Positions 62,896 to 64,000 of a DNA stretch of 64,000 bases are shown piece by piece (within the stretch, counting starts at the first letter, position 1; every line of letters begins with the position of its first letter). The translations under genes and the position numbers were made by a program. The notes beneath the pieces are model-generated. The model ran no database searches and was not told the DNA's origin. It worked only from the letters and a program-made list of their open reading frames with translations. Source of the stretch: a virus (taxonomy: Duplodnaviria > Caudoviricetes); the IMG/VR virus record IMGVR_UViG_3300013901_000014, positions 1 to 64,000 of that record. One strand, 5' to 3'.

Positions 62896-63600
62896 ATGAG
62901 ATACCGACAACTAATCATCGACACGCTCAAAGCCAATTTCAAGGGGGTGAGCGACAAGATCATCGGCAGACTTGCCGACAAGCTGGCCGCGAAGGCCGCG
63001 ACCGAGGAAGACGCGAAAGCAGCCGCCGAGGCGGTGACATTCCAGCAGGTGCTGGACAGCTATGGCGACAGCCGCGCCACCGAGGCCAGCATTACCGCGG
63101 TCAAGAACTATGAAAGCAAGTACGGCCTCAAGGACGGGGTCTCAACGGCCAATGAGGGGGACGGCAAAGAGGACCCCGCCAGCACCATCAAGAAGGATAA
63201 GCAGCCCAAGGGAGCGGACGACATGCCCGCATGGGCGCAGGCCCTCATCGACAGCAACAAGAAGCTGAGCGAGGACCTCGCGAACATGAAGCGTGGCAAG
63301 GTAACCGAGACCAGACAGGCACAGCTCGCAGAGATAACCTCGAAGCTGCCCGAGAACCTGCGCAAGGCATACGCGCGCACACCCCTCGACAAGCTCACAG
63401 ACGAGGAGTTCGAGACACTCAAGGGCGACATCACCACCGAGGTGAGCGGCCTGCAGACCGAGCTCGCAGCGAAGGGCGCGATCTTCGGAAAGCCCGCAGC
63501 CAACCACGGAGGCGGCGGAGGCGCCGAGCTGACCAAGGAGCAGCAGGCGGCAATCGCACACCGCGAGGGCCTGCCCACGGCCGACAACCAGCCCTTCTGA
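62896..63600 (+). CDS. capsid scaffolding protein (phage B)
   Basis: DDMPAWAQALID motif, coiled coil, precedes head genes. Confidence 0.75.
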   Translation: MRYRQLIIDTLKANFKGVSDKIIGRLADKLAAKAATEEDAKAAAEAVTFQQVLDSYGDSRATEASITAVKNYESKYGLKDGVSTANEGDGKEDPASTIKKDKQPKGADDMPAWAQALIDSNKKLSEDLANMKRGKVTETRQAQLAEITSKLPENLRKAYARTPLDKLTDEEFETLKGDITTEVSGLQTELAAKGAIFGKPAANHGGGGGAELTKEQQAAIAHREGLPTADNQPF

Positions 63601-63640
63601 GAAATCCACAATTCGTTTAACCCAAAAAACAATCATCAAC

Positions 63641-64000
63641 ATGGCAATGACTGTGAAGCGCAGAAAGGACTCGGCAACGAGACCGATTTTTGTGCACAAG
63701 ATAGCAGACGTGCGCGGCGGCGTTTCTGTCGCCACCAGCGACCTCGCGGGCAACTACCTCGCCGAGGGCGCGCCGCTGTATTACGCCGATGGCAAATGGC
63801 ACGCTCTGAAGTATGCCCGCGTAATCGAAAAATCGACTACGACCGACGTCAAGGTCGAGAAGACGCACAACCTCAAGACGGGCGATGTGCTTTTGGCTAC
63901 CATCGACAATGGCAGCAGCGGCAGCGTCACCAAGATAGACACCAGCAAATCGGCCTACGACACCATCACGTTGTCGGCGGCCCTCGGTACGCTTGAGGCA
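63641..64000 (+). CDS. head decoration-like protein (runs off window end)
   Basis: ATG 63641; KIADVRGGVSV motif; follows scaffold. Confidence 0.6.
   Translation, partial: MAMTVKRRKDSATRPIFVHKIADVRGGVSVATSDLAGNYLAEGAPLYYADGKWHALKYARVIEKSTTTDVKVEKTHNLKTGDVLLATIDNGSSGSVTKIDTSKSAYDTITLSAALGTLEA

Noticed and set aside
1-64000. IS elements, group II introns, retrons, cas or host housekeeping genes
   Set aside because: No transposase, reverse transcriptase, cas or recognisable chromosomal gene motifs were seen; inteins or introns in TerL and portal were not evident from ORF lengths.

Overview
The window is entirely temperate-phage DNA from a Bacteroidales host, probably Prevotella-like, judged from TAnnTTTG promoters, about 58-60% GC by eye and Bacteroidales-type integrases. 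It has three blocks. (A) 1-5.1 kb is a lysogeny switch: CI-like repressor, leftward early genes, an att-like repeat region and a tyrosine integrase. (P) 5.2-42.0 kb is a podovirus-type virion module: putative TerS, three ejection proteins including a 6123-aa polyvalent protein, P22-like portal, TerL, rhomboid protease, scaffold, major capsid, adaptor, tail spike and holin. No nozzle or endolysin gene was recognised in it. (B) 42.1-64 kb is a second, paralogous, oppositely oriented phage: integrase, CI, early and recombination/replication genes, ParB-methyltransferase, TerS/TerL, SPP1-type portal, MuF-toxin, amidase and scaffold. The least explained signals are as follows. First, five covarying tRNA-like RNAs with no anticodon loop lie in a structured non-coding leader shared by A and B. 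Second, a recurrent module of antisense promoter plus about 70-nt stem-closed RNA sits at the 3' end of three nuclease-like domains, two of them hidden inside the giant ORF. Third, a consensus promoter and a nested small ORF lie directly before the kinase domain of the giant ORF. Fourth, the capsid protein has a signal-peptide-like N-terminus and sits next to a phage rhomboid protease. All family assignments come from motif recognition; no database searches were run.
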